Of a stretch of 64,000 nucleotides of DNA, positions 1-15,689 are shown in pieces (within the stretch, counting starts at the first letter, position 1; each line of letters starts with the position of its first letter). The translations under genes were made by a program, and so were the position numbers. The notes beneath the pieces were generated by a model. It did no database searches and was not told the origin of the DNA. It saw only the letters and a list, made by a program, of their open reading frames with translations. This stretch comes from the human T2T-CHM13v2.0 reference genome, Homo sapiens: the NCBI RefSeq assembly GCF_009914755.1, contig NC_060926.1. One strand, given 5' to 3'.

Positions 1-581
1 TTTCCAATACTTCTGTTTCATTTCTAATATAATACAAATCAATAAAAGCAACCACATAAGCATATCCATGCTGGTATGTCACCATATTTATGTCCATATG
101 GTATCAACATGAAGAGAGCATAATTAAATATGCTGCCATCATCACATGGCATATCATTAGATCATACAATAAATCAAATACCTCACTGGGTCAACATGGA
201 TAGATCTGAAATATATATCACTGATTTTACAAAGACCAAGTTGCAGTCATTTTGTGCACTGTCTGAACTTTTCTACAAGGTTTTAATACACAAAATCAAG
301 TTCTACATGTTATCTAGGAATATGCACATATGTTGTAAGAGGTTTTTAATGTGCATTTGGGTGATTTCTTTTGCTTTTTTTAAAAAAAAATTTAATTCAA
401 GTTCTTGGTTACATGTCGTCAATAAGTTTTAGTAGTATAGAGAACCCTAAGACCATAACAGCTCAGAATGACTGTCTTAAAGGCTATGTCTACCAAAGAG
501 TCAGGATAGCATGACTACTTACTTTCTTCATTTTTAAAACTCAGAGGTACCCCACACACACTCCCAAATAAAACTGCACAC

Positions 582-2077
582 AAGTTCTTTAGTTTAATTA
601 GATCCCATTTGTCAATTTTGGCTTTTGTTGACATTGCTTTTGGTGTTTTAGTCATGAAGTATTTGCCCATGCCTATGTCCTGAATGGTACTGCCTAGGTT
701 TTCATCCAGGGTTTTTATACATTGAGAACTTAATTTTAAGTCTTTAATGCACCTTGAGTTAATTTTTGTATAAAGTGTAAGGAAGGGGTCCAGTCTCAGT
801 TTCCTGCATAAGGCTAGCCAGTTTTCCCAACACCATTTATTAAATAGGGAATCCTTTCCCCATTGCTTTTGTCAGGTTTGTCAAAGATCAGATGGTGTAG
901 GTGTATGGCATTATTTCTGAGGCCTCTGTTCTGTTCCATTGGTCTATATATCTCTTTTGGTACCAGTACCATGCTGTTTTCATTACTGTAGCCTTGTAGT
1001 ATAGTTTGAATCAGGTAGCATGATGCCTCCAGCTTTGTTCTTTTTGCTTAGGATTGTCTTGGCTATATGGGCTCTTTTTTTGGTTCCATATGAAATTTAA
1101 AGTAGTTTTTTCTAATTCTGTGAAGAAAGTCAATGGTAGCTTGATGGGTATAGCATTGAACCTACAAATTACTTTGGGCAGTATGGCCATTTTCAAGATA
1201 TTGATTCTTCCTAACCATGAGCATGGAATGTTTTTCCATTTGTTTGTCTCTTATTTCCTTGAGTGGTGGTTTGTAGTTCTCCTTAAAGAGGTCCTTCAAA
1301 TCCCTTGTGAGTTGTATTCCTTGTTATTTTATTCTCTTTGTAGCAATTGTGTATCGGATTTCACTCATGATTTAGCACTCTATTACTGGTGTATAGGAAT
1401 GCTTGTGAATTTTGCACATTGACTTTGTATCCTGAGACTATGAGGAAGTTGCTTATCAGCTGAAGGAGATTTGGGGCTGAGACAATTTGGTTTTCTAAAT
1501 ATACAATTATGTCATCTGCAAACAGAGACAATTTGACTTCCTTTCTTCCTATTTGAATACCGTTTATTTCTTTCTCTTGCCTGATTACCCTGGCCAGAAC
1601 TTCCAATACTATGATCAGAGTGAACAGGCAACCTACAGAATGGGAGGAAATGTTTGCAATCTGTCCACCTGAAAAAGGCCTAATATCTAGAATCTACAAG
1701 GAACTTAAATAAATTTACAAGAAAAGAACAAACAATCTCATCAAAAAGTGGGCAAAGGATATGAACAGACACTTCTCAAAAGAATACATTTATGCAGCCA
1801 ACAAACATCTGAAAAAAAGCTCATCATCACTGATCATTAGAGAAATGCAAATCAAAACCACAATGAGATAACATCTCATGCCATTTAGAAAGGCAATCGT
1901 TAAAAGGTCAGGAAACAACAGATGCTGGAGCAGATGTGGAGAAATAGGAATGCTTTTACACTGTTGGTGGGAGTGTCAATTAGTTCAACCATTGTGGAAG
2001 ACAGTGTGGTGATTCCTCAAGGATCTAGAACCGGAAATACCATTTGAGCCAGTAATCTCATTACTGGGCATATACTC
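582..2077 (+). mobile_element. L1PA ORF2 fragment with 5' inversion (582-1613 inverted, 1614-2077 forward); 3' end missing
   Basis: L1 ORF2 peptides on the minus strand (1011-1196, 1361-1606), then plus-strand L1 from atcagagtgaacaggc. Confidence 0.9.
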
Positions 2078-2080
2078 GGG

Positions 2081-2118
<38 letters not shown>

Positions 2119-2120
2119 GT
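2081..2120. repeat. (GT)n(AT)n compound microsatellite
   Basis: Direct reading. Confidence 0.95.
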
Positions 2121-2240
2121 ACAGTGGCTTGTTCCTATAATCTCAGCTACTCAGAAGGCTGAGGCAGAAGTATCACTTGAGAAGCCCAGGAGTTTGAGAA
2201 CAGACTGGGCAACATAGCAAGACTCTTTATTAAAAAAAAA
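2121..2240 (+). mobile_element. Alu monomer (FLAM-like)
   Basis: Single degenerate Alu arm ending in an A tract. Confidence 0.7.
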
Positions 2241-2247
2241 TCATACA

Positions 2248-2578
<331 letters not shown>

Positions 2579-2948
2579 TTATAGGAAAAAAAGTATAAGA
2601 CTTTGATGCTTTATTACAGAGACTCTCATGATTTGTTACAAAGCAGTTCTTTAGAAACATACTTGGAGGCTATACTAAAATTATTATTTATACTATTTGT
2701 AGGCAACTAATGAATTAAGAACTCTTATTTCCTTTCTTACGTGCTTAGCATGTACTTATCAAATGCAAAGAAGAATATATTATCAAAATTTGGTTTATCT
2801 TACATGTGAATTGCAGTATAAAATAGTCATAATTCTAACAGAATTATATCAGACTGACAGAAAATGGCATCATTAGTAGAATCAATATAATGAGTAGGCA
2901 TTGTCAAAGAACATGATTTCTGGACAAATGAACCAGGTGCAGCTAGAA

Positions 2949-4472
2949 CAGCAGTCCCCCTTATCTGCTGTATGTGTAGAAAACACATATTCAACATGAT
3001 GTTCCTCTTCTCTCACACCGCAACAACAATCATCAGCACAGAAGATTTCTGTGACCAAATATGTATTTTTCCCCAGCAACAAGCAAACAATCAATTCCTA
3101 TGGGTGCCCTGTAATTCTGGCACTATCTACTTGGGGATTGTGTCAGATCCCACAGGTTGAGGGCTCAGTACCACAGGCTATTCCCCCACAGCAGTTACAA
3201 GTCTGGGCCTCCAGAACTTCTAATCAACTTCCAGTTGGACTTCAAGTTGGGTTTCCCAGGACCCCCTCTTTGGTTTGATTAATTTACTAGAGTGGCTCAG
3301 AGAACTCATGGAAACACATTTACCAGTTTTTTATAAAGAATATTAAAGGATACAGATAAAGAGATGCATAGTGCAAGATACGGGGGGAAAGTAACATGCT
3401 TCCATGTCCTCCCAGGGCACTCACCCTCTGGGAACATCCATGTATTCTCCATATGCCTTCATGTATTGGAGAGCATCCAGGTAGCTGAATACAGCTACCT
3501 GGATGCTCTCCAAATCCAATCCTTTTGGGATTTTATGAAAGCTTCATTACATAGGCATGACTGATTAATTGAACATTCAGCCCCTCTCACATCCCAGGAG
3601 GTGAGGGGTGGGGCTGGAAGTCCCAACCCTCTAATCACACCCTGATCACTATGATGATGAGCCCCACCCTGAAGCCATCTGGAGGCTGCCTGTCATAAGT
3701 CAATCATTAGCATACAAATGATATCATGTTGGAAATTCTGAGGATTTTAGGAGTTGTATGACAGAAAATGGGGTTGAAGACCAAATATATATTTCATAAT
3801 ATGACATTGGTGGTTTTATTGACTGCAGATTCAGTTACCCATGGTCAACCATGGTCCATAAATAAAATTTATGTATACACATCATAAGGTTTAAATTGCC
3901 TAAGATTCTGAGTAGTATGACAAAATTTGAGCCCTTACATCCCAGTCTGCCCAAGATGTGAATCGTCCCTTTGTCAAGTGCATACACATTATATATGATA
4001 TCTGCTCACTAGTCATTGACATAAATCTGTACCTAACATCCAACCAACAATATCATCATGGTTCACGGATCCAAGATCACGTGAAGCAGATGATCTTCTT
4101 TCTGATATATAGTCAAATAGAAGGTCAATAGTAGCCTAAGACTACATGGCAATGCCTACTGCATTTGCCTCACTTATCACATAGCCATTTTATCATCTCA
4201 CATCAGTGCAGAAAGTAGGGTGACTATAGTACATGATATTTTGTGAGCTCACATTCACATAACTTTTATTACAGTATATTGTTACAATTGATCTACTTTA
4301 CCATTAGATATTATTAATCTCTTATTGTGCCTAATTTATGCATTAAATTTTATTATAGATATATATGTATTTTTAAAAATTATTGTACACATAGAGTTCA
4401 GCACTATTCATGTTTTCAGGCATTCACTAAGGGTCTTGAAATGTATCCCCCATGTGTAAGAGGAAATTACTG
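2949..4472 (+). mobile_element. MER44 (Tigger7-derived DNA transposon) interrupted by a MER21 LTR
   Basis: cagcagtcccccttatc start, ttcagttacccatggtcaacc after the LTR, and tatcccc...taagaggaaattactg end. Confidence 0.7.
2975..3806 (-). mobile_element. MER21-type solo LTR
   Basis: Minus strand starts tgtcatattatgaaatatatatttggtcttc; contains the gtcagatcccacaggttgagggctcag motif. Confidence 0.78.
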
Positions 4473-5564
4473 TACTTATTTTGTTGAAACACAACAGTTT
4501 CTCCACCTCTTCAGTTTAAACTATTTAGGATAAAGCACTCTAATTCAAAAAATCTAGGTCTATGAAAACTGTACTCTATTCTATGGCAAAACACAGGATA
4601 CAGAGTAGGGTCAAGGATCCCTGCAAAGACTTTTCAGCTGCCAATGCAGAAGAGCCTAAGAGAGATCAGTGTCCTTACTCTCACTAATCCTCTCCTAGGG
4701 AAGATTCTGGTAAGTTTGCTTAGTTCTAGCTATTCATTCACCCTATGTAAGGTACAAACAATCCTTAAATTCAGCTTTCATTTTTAGCTCCTTCAAAAAA
4801 ACACAAACAGAGAAAATATCACTCCCTTAACAGCTTATCCAATCTGAGTGTTGTTTCCTTGTCAGAGAGAAGCTTATAAAGAAATACTGGGAATGGTATG
4901 GCAAGTTGCCAGGGAGTACTTTCTAATATATAAAATATATATAAAGGAACCATAAACTCACTGGAGCTACCAAGATGTGCCAACAGTTGTCTCACTACCT
5001 AGTGGGAAAAACAACAACAACAACAACAAATCTTTGTCACTATATGTAAACAAAAATAGTATGACTCTCTTGGCATTTTTCATGATGGAGAACCTAGTTA
5101 TAAGTGAGTCATGTTATAATAATATAGACTGTTTTCAAAGTGATCGCTCAAAGAAAGAAGGTGAATAAGAAACATATTTGTATGCCTATAGTATTCACTA
5201 GCTGGTCTATTTCCAACTGCAAGGTAAATAGGAAAGACTTTCTGACTCCAGTTTTATAAAGTACAACCTCTTGAGATTGTCCCTTTCCACTGCTAGTCTA
5301 TCTGGACCCATCTCACAGAAAAGGATGATCCAGTTAGTGCTGTGTAGTACACAGCATGAAGTCATTTTCCTCAACCCTCCCCATTATGTGGCAAATGTCT
5401 ATATAAATTATGCTTTTTCAACATGTAAAGCATATGCCATTAAATCCTACATTAATAAACTAAAAGCAAAAAAGCACAATGGATAGCTTAATTGAATACA
5501 TTCAATTATCTTGGAAATTATGTTTTGTAATATTGAAAAAGATATCCACTATGTTATCCTTAAT

Positions 5565-5945
5565 ATATGACTATGCTGGACATATCAAAACTATGGGGAC
5601 AGCAAAAATATTAGTAGTTGACAGGGGTTAATTGTGAGGGAGGAATAAAAAAAGAGACAAATTTCAGGGCAGTGTAAGTATTCTAATGGCGGGTACATTT
5701 ATTATACATTTGTCCAGCTTTATAGAAGGTACAATACCAAGAGGGAACTTAAATATAAACTATGGACTTTGGATGATTATGATGCATCAATGTAAGCTTC
5801 TCAGTTGTAACAAATGTACCACTCAGGTGGGAGATGTTGAAAATGGGGGGAGCTATGAACGTGAGGGGGGATGGCGTATGTGAAAAATCTCTTTAGGTTC
5901 TTTTCAATATTGCTGAGAATATTAAACTGCTCTTAAAATAAAGTT
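5565..5945 (+). mobile_element. old L1 3' end (L1MC-like)
   Basis: taaactatggactttgg...gttgtaacaaatgtaccactc...aaaactgctcttaaaataaagt. Confidence 0.7.
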
Positions 5946-6524
5946 GTTAATTTTTTAAAAAGATTTTCACTGAATCTTCTATTACTAATATATTGCTATA
6001 TTATATTACCATATATTATAGCAAGACGTACTCAATTTGAAACACAATATAAATATTCTCTCCAGAATTATAGTATATAAAAGCACATAAAGCAAATAAC
6101 TTAACTGTATTAACAGGCAAGAAAATAACTGATAAATGATTGATTTTTTTAATTTCATAATTATAAACAGAAATTTAACAAAATATAAAACAAAACTGAA
6201 CCATCTACATAATTAAAATGAAACAAATTTTTTATTTCAATTTTAAATGAGAAATCATTACTTATTTTATCTAACCATTTTACTGAAAGGTTAATCGAAT
6301 AAGAACAGATTATAATTACCTAATATTGCCATAGTAACTTCTGTACAGAGACCTGTTAAATATTCACCAAAATTCCAAAATCTAACAGCACAGAAACTTA
6401 GTATTTCATATTAAGTTGCAACTGACTCAAATGAAATAAGCACCATGCTATGTTATATTACCATGTTATTCACTATCAAATAGAATTTTTAAGACACCTA
6501 AAATTAAGTTGGGGCTGTAACTGC

Positions 6525-7074
6525 TGTGAAGAAAATAATTCATATAACAGTCATAAGACTGTCATTCTTAGAAAGGCCTACATGCAAAACTGGCCATTTG
6601 CTGGTGTTTGGAAATTTGCATTTTAAAGGTTTGTCACCATTTCCTGAGAAAAGTAGCTCACTGTACCTAAACTGTTTGCATAAACAATGTGGTTGACTCT
6701 GAACAGCTGCTTTTCTTCTGGAAGTGTGGAATTTTTGTATATGTGTGAGACAGCATGCCTATGTAACTAGCTTCCATAAGAACCTTGGATACTGTGTAAG
6801 TCTCTAGTCAGACTCATACTGGTAGACAATATTGCCCATGTGCTGTCAAAATTTGAAGCTACAGGAATTCAGCACATCCTGGTAACTCCACAGGAGAGGG
6901 CTCCCGGAAGCTTGTGCTTGGCTTCCCCAAGACTTGCCACATGCCCCTTTGCCCTGAGCCAATTTTACTTTGTATTCTTTCACTGTAACAAATCAAAGCC
7001 CAGAGTAGGACTGTTTGCTGAGTCCTTCCAAGTGAATCACCAAACACAGAGGTGGTCTTGGAAACTCTGACATA
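6525..7074 (+). mobile_element. MER68-type solo LTR
   Basis: cttagaaaggcct, ctcactgtacctaaactgtttg, gtggtcttgg...gaca resemble the recalled MER68 consensus. Confidence 0.72.
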
Positions 7075-7412
7075 GTGGCATTATATGAAATTAGTTTTCT
7101 TTAAGGTGATGTGACCTGTGACTACGATCAGAAGGCTGTTTATAAAACACCTTTCCCTCATCTGTTTTCCTTAACAGTTGCCTTTGAGATTCCTGTATTT
7201 CTGCATGAATAAATCCATAAGGGAACAGAAATAATTATGCCAAAAAATGATGAAAAACAAGCAGCAATCCTATTTTAACCAGAATAAAAATTTGAGAATA
7301 TGGATGATTAAAAATATATCCCATAGTATGAAAGCTTCTAGAAGAGAAACAAAAAGATCACAGCCAATTGTCTTCAACTCACCAAGGTTTCTTTTATAAT
7401 AATTGGGGATCA

Positions 7413-7570
7413 GGCCAGGTGCAATGACACGCACCTGTAGTCCCAACTACTCCAACGGCTGAGGCAGGAAGATTGCTTGAGATCAAAAGTTTGAGGCTGC
7501 AGTGGAGATTGTGCCTGTGAACAACCATTGCACTCCAGCCTGGGAAACAGAGTGAGACCCTGTCTCTAAA
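7413..7570 (+). mobile_element. FAM (fossil Alu monomer)
   Basis: Monomer with the FAM-type cctgtgaa..cca.tgcactcc segment. Confidence 0.72.
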
Positions 7571-7581
7571 ATGCATTAGTA

Positions 7582-7969
<388 letters not shown>

Positions 7970-8207
7970 TCATAGAGCTCATTTAATTTGTTTCTAATCT
8001 TTTTTCTTAAGTTCTTATAAAACTAAAAATATCTATAAAAACTAAAAATCATCTGTTAAGGGCCGTTCTTCATAGAACAGGTCAAAAAGTCAAAAACTGC
8101 ATTTAAAATGTAGGATGAGTTATCCACTTCTCCTCCCAAACAGTGGGTTTTTCTTATTAAGGGCCAATAGGACTTTAAACTCACTTTGGAGAATAAAGGA
8201 AGTTATA

Positions 8208-8512
8208 GACCAGCACGATGGCTCATGACCATAATTCCAGCACTTTGGGAGGCTGAGGCAGGAGGATCACTTGAAGCCAAAAGTTTGAGACTGGCCTGGG
8301 CAAAAGAGAGAGACCTTTGTCTTTAAAAAATAAAAAATAAAAAAGTTAGCTTGGTATGGTGGCATATACTTGTAGCAGTCTCAATGACTTAGGAGGCCGA
8401 GGTAGGAGGACCACCTGAACCCAGAAGTTTGAGGCTGCAGTGAGCTATGATCACACTATTGTACTCCAGCCTGGGAAACAGCAAAAGACTCAATCTCAAA
8501 AAAAAAAAAAAA
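8208..8512 (+). mobile_element. Alu (AluJ-type)
   Basis: Diverged dimer with gaggctgcagtgagctatgatc and A tail. Confidence 0.88.
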
Positions 8513-9135
8513 TCAAGAAACTTATATATAGATGGTTAAAGGTGTGGTAATCCAACTGACCAAATATTCCAGCTAAGTAACAGATTACCAATATTTGAAG
8601 AAATATAATACCAGAAAAGTGTTTTACATTAAAACTATGTCGTTTGAAAATTTAGAATTTAAAATTTAAAATTTAAAAAAATTTAAAAGACACCTTAAGT
8701 GTCTTAACTTAATTTGAAAATTTAAAAGACATTTAAAGTTTGAAAATTTAAAAGAAACTTAAAATCTTAAAGGAGCAGCATCACTTACACTGTCACTGTG
8801 CTAAAGATATAAAGAAGTTTAGCATTAAAGATTAATAGAATACCAGATATACTTTAGAATAGGTAGCTAATTCTCTTAAAAGAAAATCCTATATAGTTGT
8901 CAAAAATACCTGTGTTAGAAATGTGTTCTAATAATATTTTCTTTAGGGACGAAATTAAAAAAAAAAACAGTAAAAGCAGAGATATTACAAGAGGTCATGA
9001 AAAGGGAATTGCACTAAAACAAAGTGTCCCAGAACACAGAGACTTGGTATACTTAGCATGTCACCTTATATTTTTCTCCATGACATTATATAAAAGACGT
9101 CAGCTTCTCCAAACTGCTCGTCTGTAGGCTACTTC

Positions 9136-10810
<1,675 letters not shown>

Positions 10811-12553
10811 TAGACTACTTCTGATTGAAACTTGAAACTCTCGAAATGCGGCTGTGTTATGATTCCATGTTGGAGAGAGTCGGGATGTATGTGCTTTGGA
10901 CAAGGTGGTTCCAGTTACTGCTGCCAGACTTTTGTTTCAGAATGCATCCAGAAGAACTTATCAGGGATTTCAGTACAAACTAAGTATTTCCACAAGGAGC
11001 AGATAAGAAGACCACAGTTTTTCTCACACATTACCCTTAGGTTTTGACAATTCTGTAAAAGTGTGGGCACATGTACTCAGAAGTCAAGACCATTTTCCCT
11101 GACCCTGTGCACGTAGCTTCTGCAGTTACAAAAGGGTTACGCAGGATCTTGGTAGATTTGTTCCTCCATATTTGGACAACAGACATACCAATCACATCAA
11201 TAGCCCACATTACACCTCAAAAATGGTTCTTTTGAAAAGGGTACCGCCAAAGAGCTTTTAAAAGTTAAATCTAATTGGCTTTTGAGTAATCTTACTTGTT
11301 AGAATTCATACTCCCTCCTTAAAATTCTCACTTTTTTTATTTTTGCAACATCACTTCCTCTGACTCCTCTCCTACTTTTCTCTAGCCACTGCTCATTCTC
11401 CTTCACCAACTCTTTTTTTCCTGGGGGTGGGGAGGGAAAGTTGACATTCCCAGGGTTTTGTCACAGGATAGCTTCTCATTCTACATCTGCATCATGGACA
11501 GCTCATTGAGATCGATGACTTTGCCTAATAATTATAATAACATCATTCTACGTCTGCATCTCCAACCTCAGATTTGGAGGGAAGGGAAGTTATTCTTCCC
11601 TGTTGACCAGCTGTACTTCTCCATTCAGTGAACACGTCCTACTCCTTTCTTGTGTGCAGTATAAAGGCCAGTACACAACCTGGAAACCTATGAATGATCC
11701 AAGATTTCTCTCTCCCCACTAATGTTTTACATTCAATGTTCACTAAATCATATTAACTGTACCTCTTTTCTGCTTCTGCTTTATATTTCTACTGCCACCA
11801 AATAAATATGTTTATATTTCCTAGATCAACATGGCCTCTTCACTGATGGTTTTCACAGGAAAAGATCCCTATCAACTATTATTGTTTTTTTATAAATAAA
11901 AAATTAAGTAAAACAAATAAAGAAGGCATACAGGCAAGAAAAAGACCAACATTTTAAAATGAGTAAATGGAGTAAATTTACTTTATTTTACCGTGGATGG
12001 GTGAACACCTTACACTAGATTGATAGTAGTTCAAGCATCGAACTACAAGGAAACTACAGCTTTAACTACTGCAAAATCTTCCTTTCTCTAGCTTACTTTC
12101 TTGTACTCAGAATACAATATATAATATATATAACATACCAAATATGTATTTTCAACAGCATGGGGATTGGCAGCACTAAATCCCATGTTGTTCAAGGGCC
12201 AACTGTAATTATTGATTCATTTAGTAATTGCAAAGAATTTATTTTACAAATTAAATAGAAGTTCTAATTATATAAAAAGTCTAATTCATTATCATGTGAC
12301 TATTAAAAAAATACAACATAATAACTTAAAAATTTGTTTTCTTATTTACACAAAAAGGTCATCTAGAATACTAGGAACGATAATTAAATAATAATTTTTT
12401 TCAAACAATACTGAGATTATAAATTACCTACAATTAACTTTTTAAATAATTATAAAATCTAGACTACTAAGTATTTTTTAAATGTGTACAATTTAAAGTG
12501 ATTTTTTTAAACTGCTTTTTTGTAATCAAAACATCTTTATTCTTTTTTATCTA

Positions 12554-12754
<201 letters not shown>

Positions 12755-13760
12755 TCAGGATGTTAATTATCCTATACACTTCTCTTTTGTAAGCTCTACA
12801 AACTTCTTAGTACCTTTCTAATTAAATAATAAAAACAGGTGAAGTACTCATGAAGTGAAGGCAGTATAGCTCAGCAAACTATCTCACATCAGCTTGACAT
12901 AATGGAAAGTCACCTTCCTGGCTCTTACTGGAAGGTCCTGGCTCTATAGCCAACAGGTATTTGCTCTTAAACAAGTTGCTTCTCTTAGGCACAATGTCTT
13001 CTTCTAGATTTTACTACCTTCTTTCACTAGGTTGTTATATAGGTTTAATGAAGCAGCATTTTTAACATTCACAGAGAAATAGTAAAGCAGTGGAGCTTGT
13101 TCTTGAACTTTATCGCTGAAACTATTTTGAAATCCCAAATCAAACCCAATGTGTATTTTTTCATAGGTTCTAATATTCAAATGCTTCAGTTTAAGAAAAA
13201 TGTTAAGTCCTAATTTTGCTTATTGTTCTATTATTTCTGGCTTATAATTCAGTGTATCTCAACTATTTCATAATTCATAAATAAATTAATTTATGAATAT
13301 ATTATTTCATTAAAATAGGTAACACGATTGTTAACTATTATTGAGCTCATCAATTCCAAGGGCAGAAAACTAACAGATGTCAAGATCTGGCTTGGGCTAC
13401 CACTATTACTTCTCTACAGACTCTAACTGAATGAGCAGATGTTTGCTAGAATGATGGTTCATCTCCATCAGTGATGTTATCTCCAACTGACATGGAAGAC
13501 AAAACCCTACTTTCATTTTTTTTAAGTTCCATGAAGTAGATGCAAGTTGACATTTTCTCATTTCCAAGATACATACTAACAAAATATTTACACAACACCC
13601 CATGTGTTACTTATCTCCATTCTCAGTTTATAGATCACCTTACACAAATGTTTTTGTAGTGAAAAATCACAATTCTAATATAAGGGGCCACCCATTTTGT
13701 TTTGATTCAAACTATGACTTAGCTAGCCAGCAAACAGTCAAATGACCTTCCCGTGACTGC

Positions 13761-13837
13761 AAAATATGAAATGCTTCACCATGCTAATTTTCTCCGTATT
13801 GTTCCAATTTTAGTATTTGTGCTGCCAAAGCAAGCAC
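13761..13837 (-). pseudogene. U6 snRNA retrocopy with internal 29-nt deletion
   Basis: Minus strand reads gtgcttgctttggcagcacaaatactaaaattggaacaatacggagaaaattagcatgg|tgaagcatttcatatttt, i.e. U6 nt 1-59 joined to nt 89-106. Confidence 0.93.
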
Positions 13838-15120
13838 AAAGCCTTACTTTTACATATAACTGCTGATAAGTCATGGATGAGGGTTAGCTCTGTTAAATCT
13901 AACTAACAAACTTGAGACTCAGATAATTCCAATGAATGGCTTCCTGTGAAATAGAATCCGAAAATATTTTATAAACTTGAGATACTGATGCAAGCAGCTT
14001 GAGAGATCTTCATTATTATAGATAACAGATCACTTGAGGGGCCAACCACAAGTTGATGCCTACTACTCTAAGGAAGGATGGCATAGAAGCTTCCACTACC
14101 TGAGAAAAGCTCTTACGCTGTTTATATAAAAAGTCTCAGGGTACAGATCTGGTAGCAATAAAGAAGAACACTGTGATCTCTTTCTACAACATTATTTGAA
14201 TATCTCTGACAGTTTAGAACTATCCTAACTAATATTTGCTTTAAAGAGAAAAAAAAGGGACTCAAAAAATAACTCACCATGAAGGTCTAGAAGCCCAGGT
14301 TAAAATGTGGGCTTTACATCAGGTTTTGAGTGTGGGTGAAAGTGTCAATTTGCTCCGTATGTGTGTTGATAAAGTTAGAATATCCAGCTAACAGAGCAAG
14401 GTTCTGCTGTTTTGGAAACAATGGCTGAGCATATAAGTATGTGCAACTGAACTAAAAAAAACAGTTGTAACTTTGAAGCCTTTTTATGGATCAACATGAA
14501 GATTGAGGGATCTCAAACAGAAAGGGCATGCTGGTAGCAAAGGTTAATCACTACCAGACTGCAAGAGTACTTTCAATGGTAAGAAAGCAGCAACAGAATC
14601 AATGAAAACAAAGCAATGATTAGAATGTCCTTTCCCCTTCTCCTTCTGACTTGTAGACACTGATTGTCTTCCTTGGACTTAGGGAACCCCTTAGGTTCTT
14701 GAAAAATTCCATGATCAGGCTATAGTAGATGGTCCCCAGTACACAACTCAAGGTTTTTTGATAAACTGGACATTTTGAGACCCAAATAACTAATTAGAAA
14801 AATCAAAGATGTGAAACTACTTTACCCTATGCATAGGGGTTATACTGGAAATAAAATGGACAACATTGGAATCCCTAAGGAGAAAAGTCCTGAAAGTTTC
14901 AATATCAAGAATCTTGCACCTACTGCTACTTATCTAGCCTTTTTCTTGATTTCTGGCTGATGAAGTTGCACAACTCTCGAAAACTTAAAAACTTGAAAAT
15001 TTGTCACTTGAAAACTACTTGAACCAAACTATGCAATCTCACCTGATATATAAGATGCAATTGTTACAATTATTTTAAACTTCAATTTAGTGTTCATTAG
15101 CCTTTTTACGTAAAGACTTA

Positions 15121-15279
<159 letters not shown>

Positions 15280-15689
15280 TTAAAAACTTTAATGACATTT
15301 TAAAAGCTAAGTTTATATACTTTATCAACTTAACATGTTGCCTGTCCATGTAGAATTAACCCAATTACATGTACTAAGAAACAAGCATCTTGGGTGCTCA
15401 AGGGTTTATCTTTGCAAGTTACCACAAAGGTTAAAAGCAAGGAACAAAAAGGAAGCCTCTTGTCCCACTGTGGTATGACATAAAGTTGCTAACTTAAAGT
15501 CCTTTGATGGGCAAGAAATATGCTCAGGCCACCTATCTACAGTAGGCAAATTTAAGTGAAAAATTATTCATTTCTTCCCTAGTCTGATACTATACATTAT
15601 AATGCAAAATCAGCTGAAGGGTCAGATAAGAGCTATCTGCAGGCTTAAAACAATAATATTAATAGGAATGCTAATAGTAGTAGTCATAG

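Noticed and set aside
8643-8770. AT-rich tttgaaaatttaaaagac iterations with a 7-bp stem
   Set aside because: Low-complexity slippage; not CRISPR-like, as there are no regular unique spacers.
10823-11260. Complex non-repeat stretch that could be a pseudogene fragment
   Set aside because: The frames I translated by hand gave no recognisable protein; a tBLASTx search would be needed.
13838-13900. TATA-like ttatat and a weak PSE-like motif upstream of the U6 copy
   Set aside because: Spacing is wrong for a type 3 Pol III promoter, and the TSD indicates retroposition.
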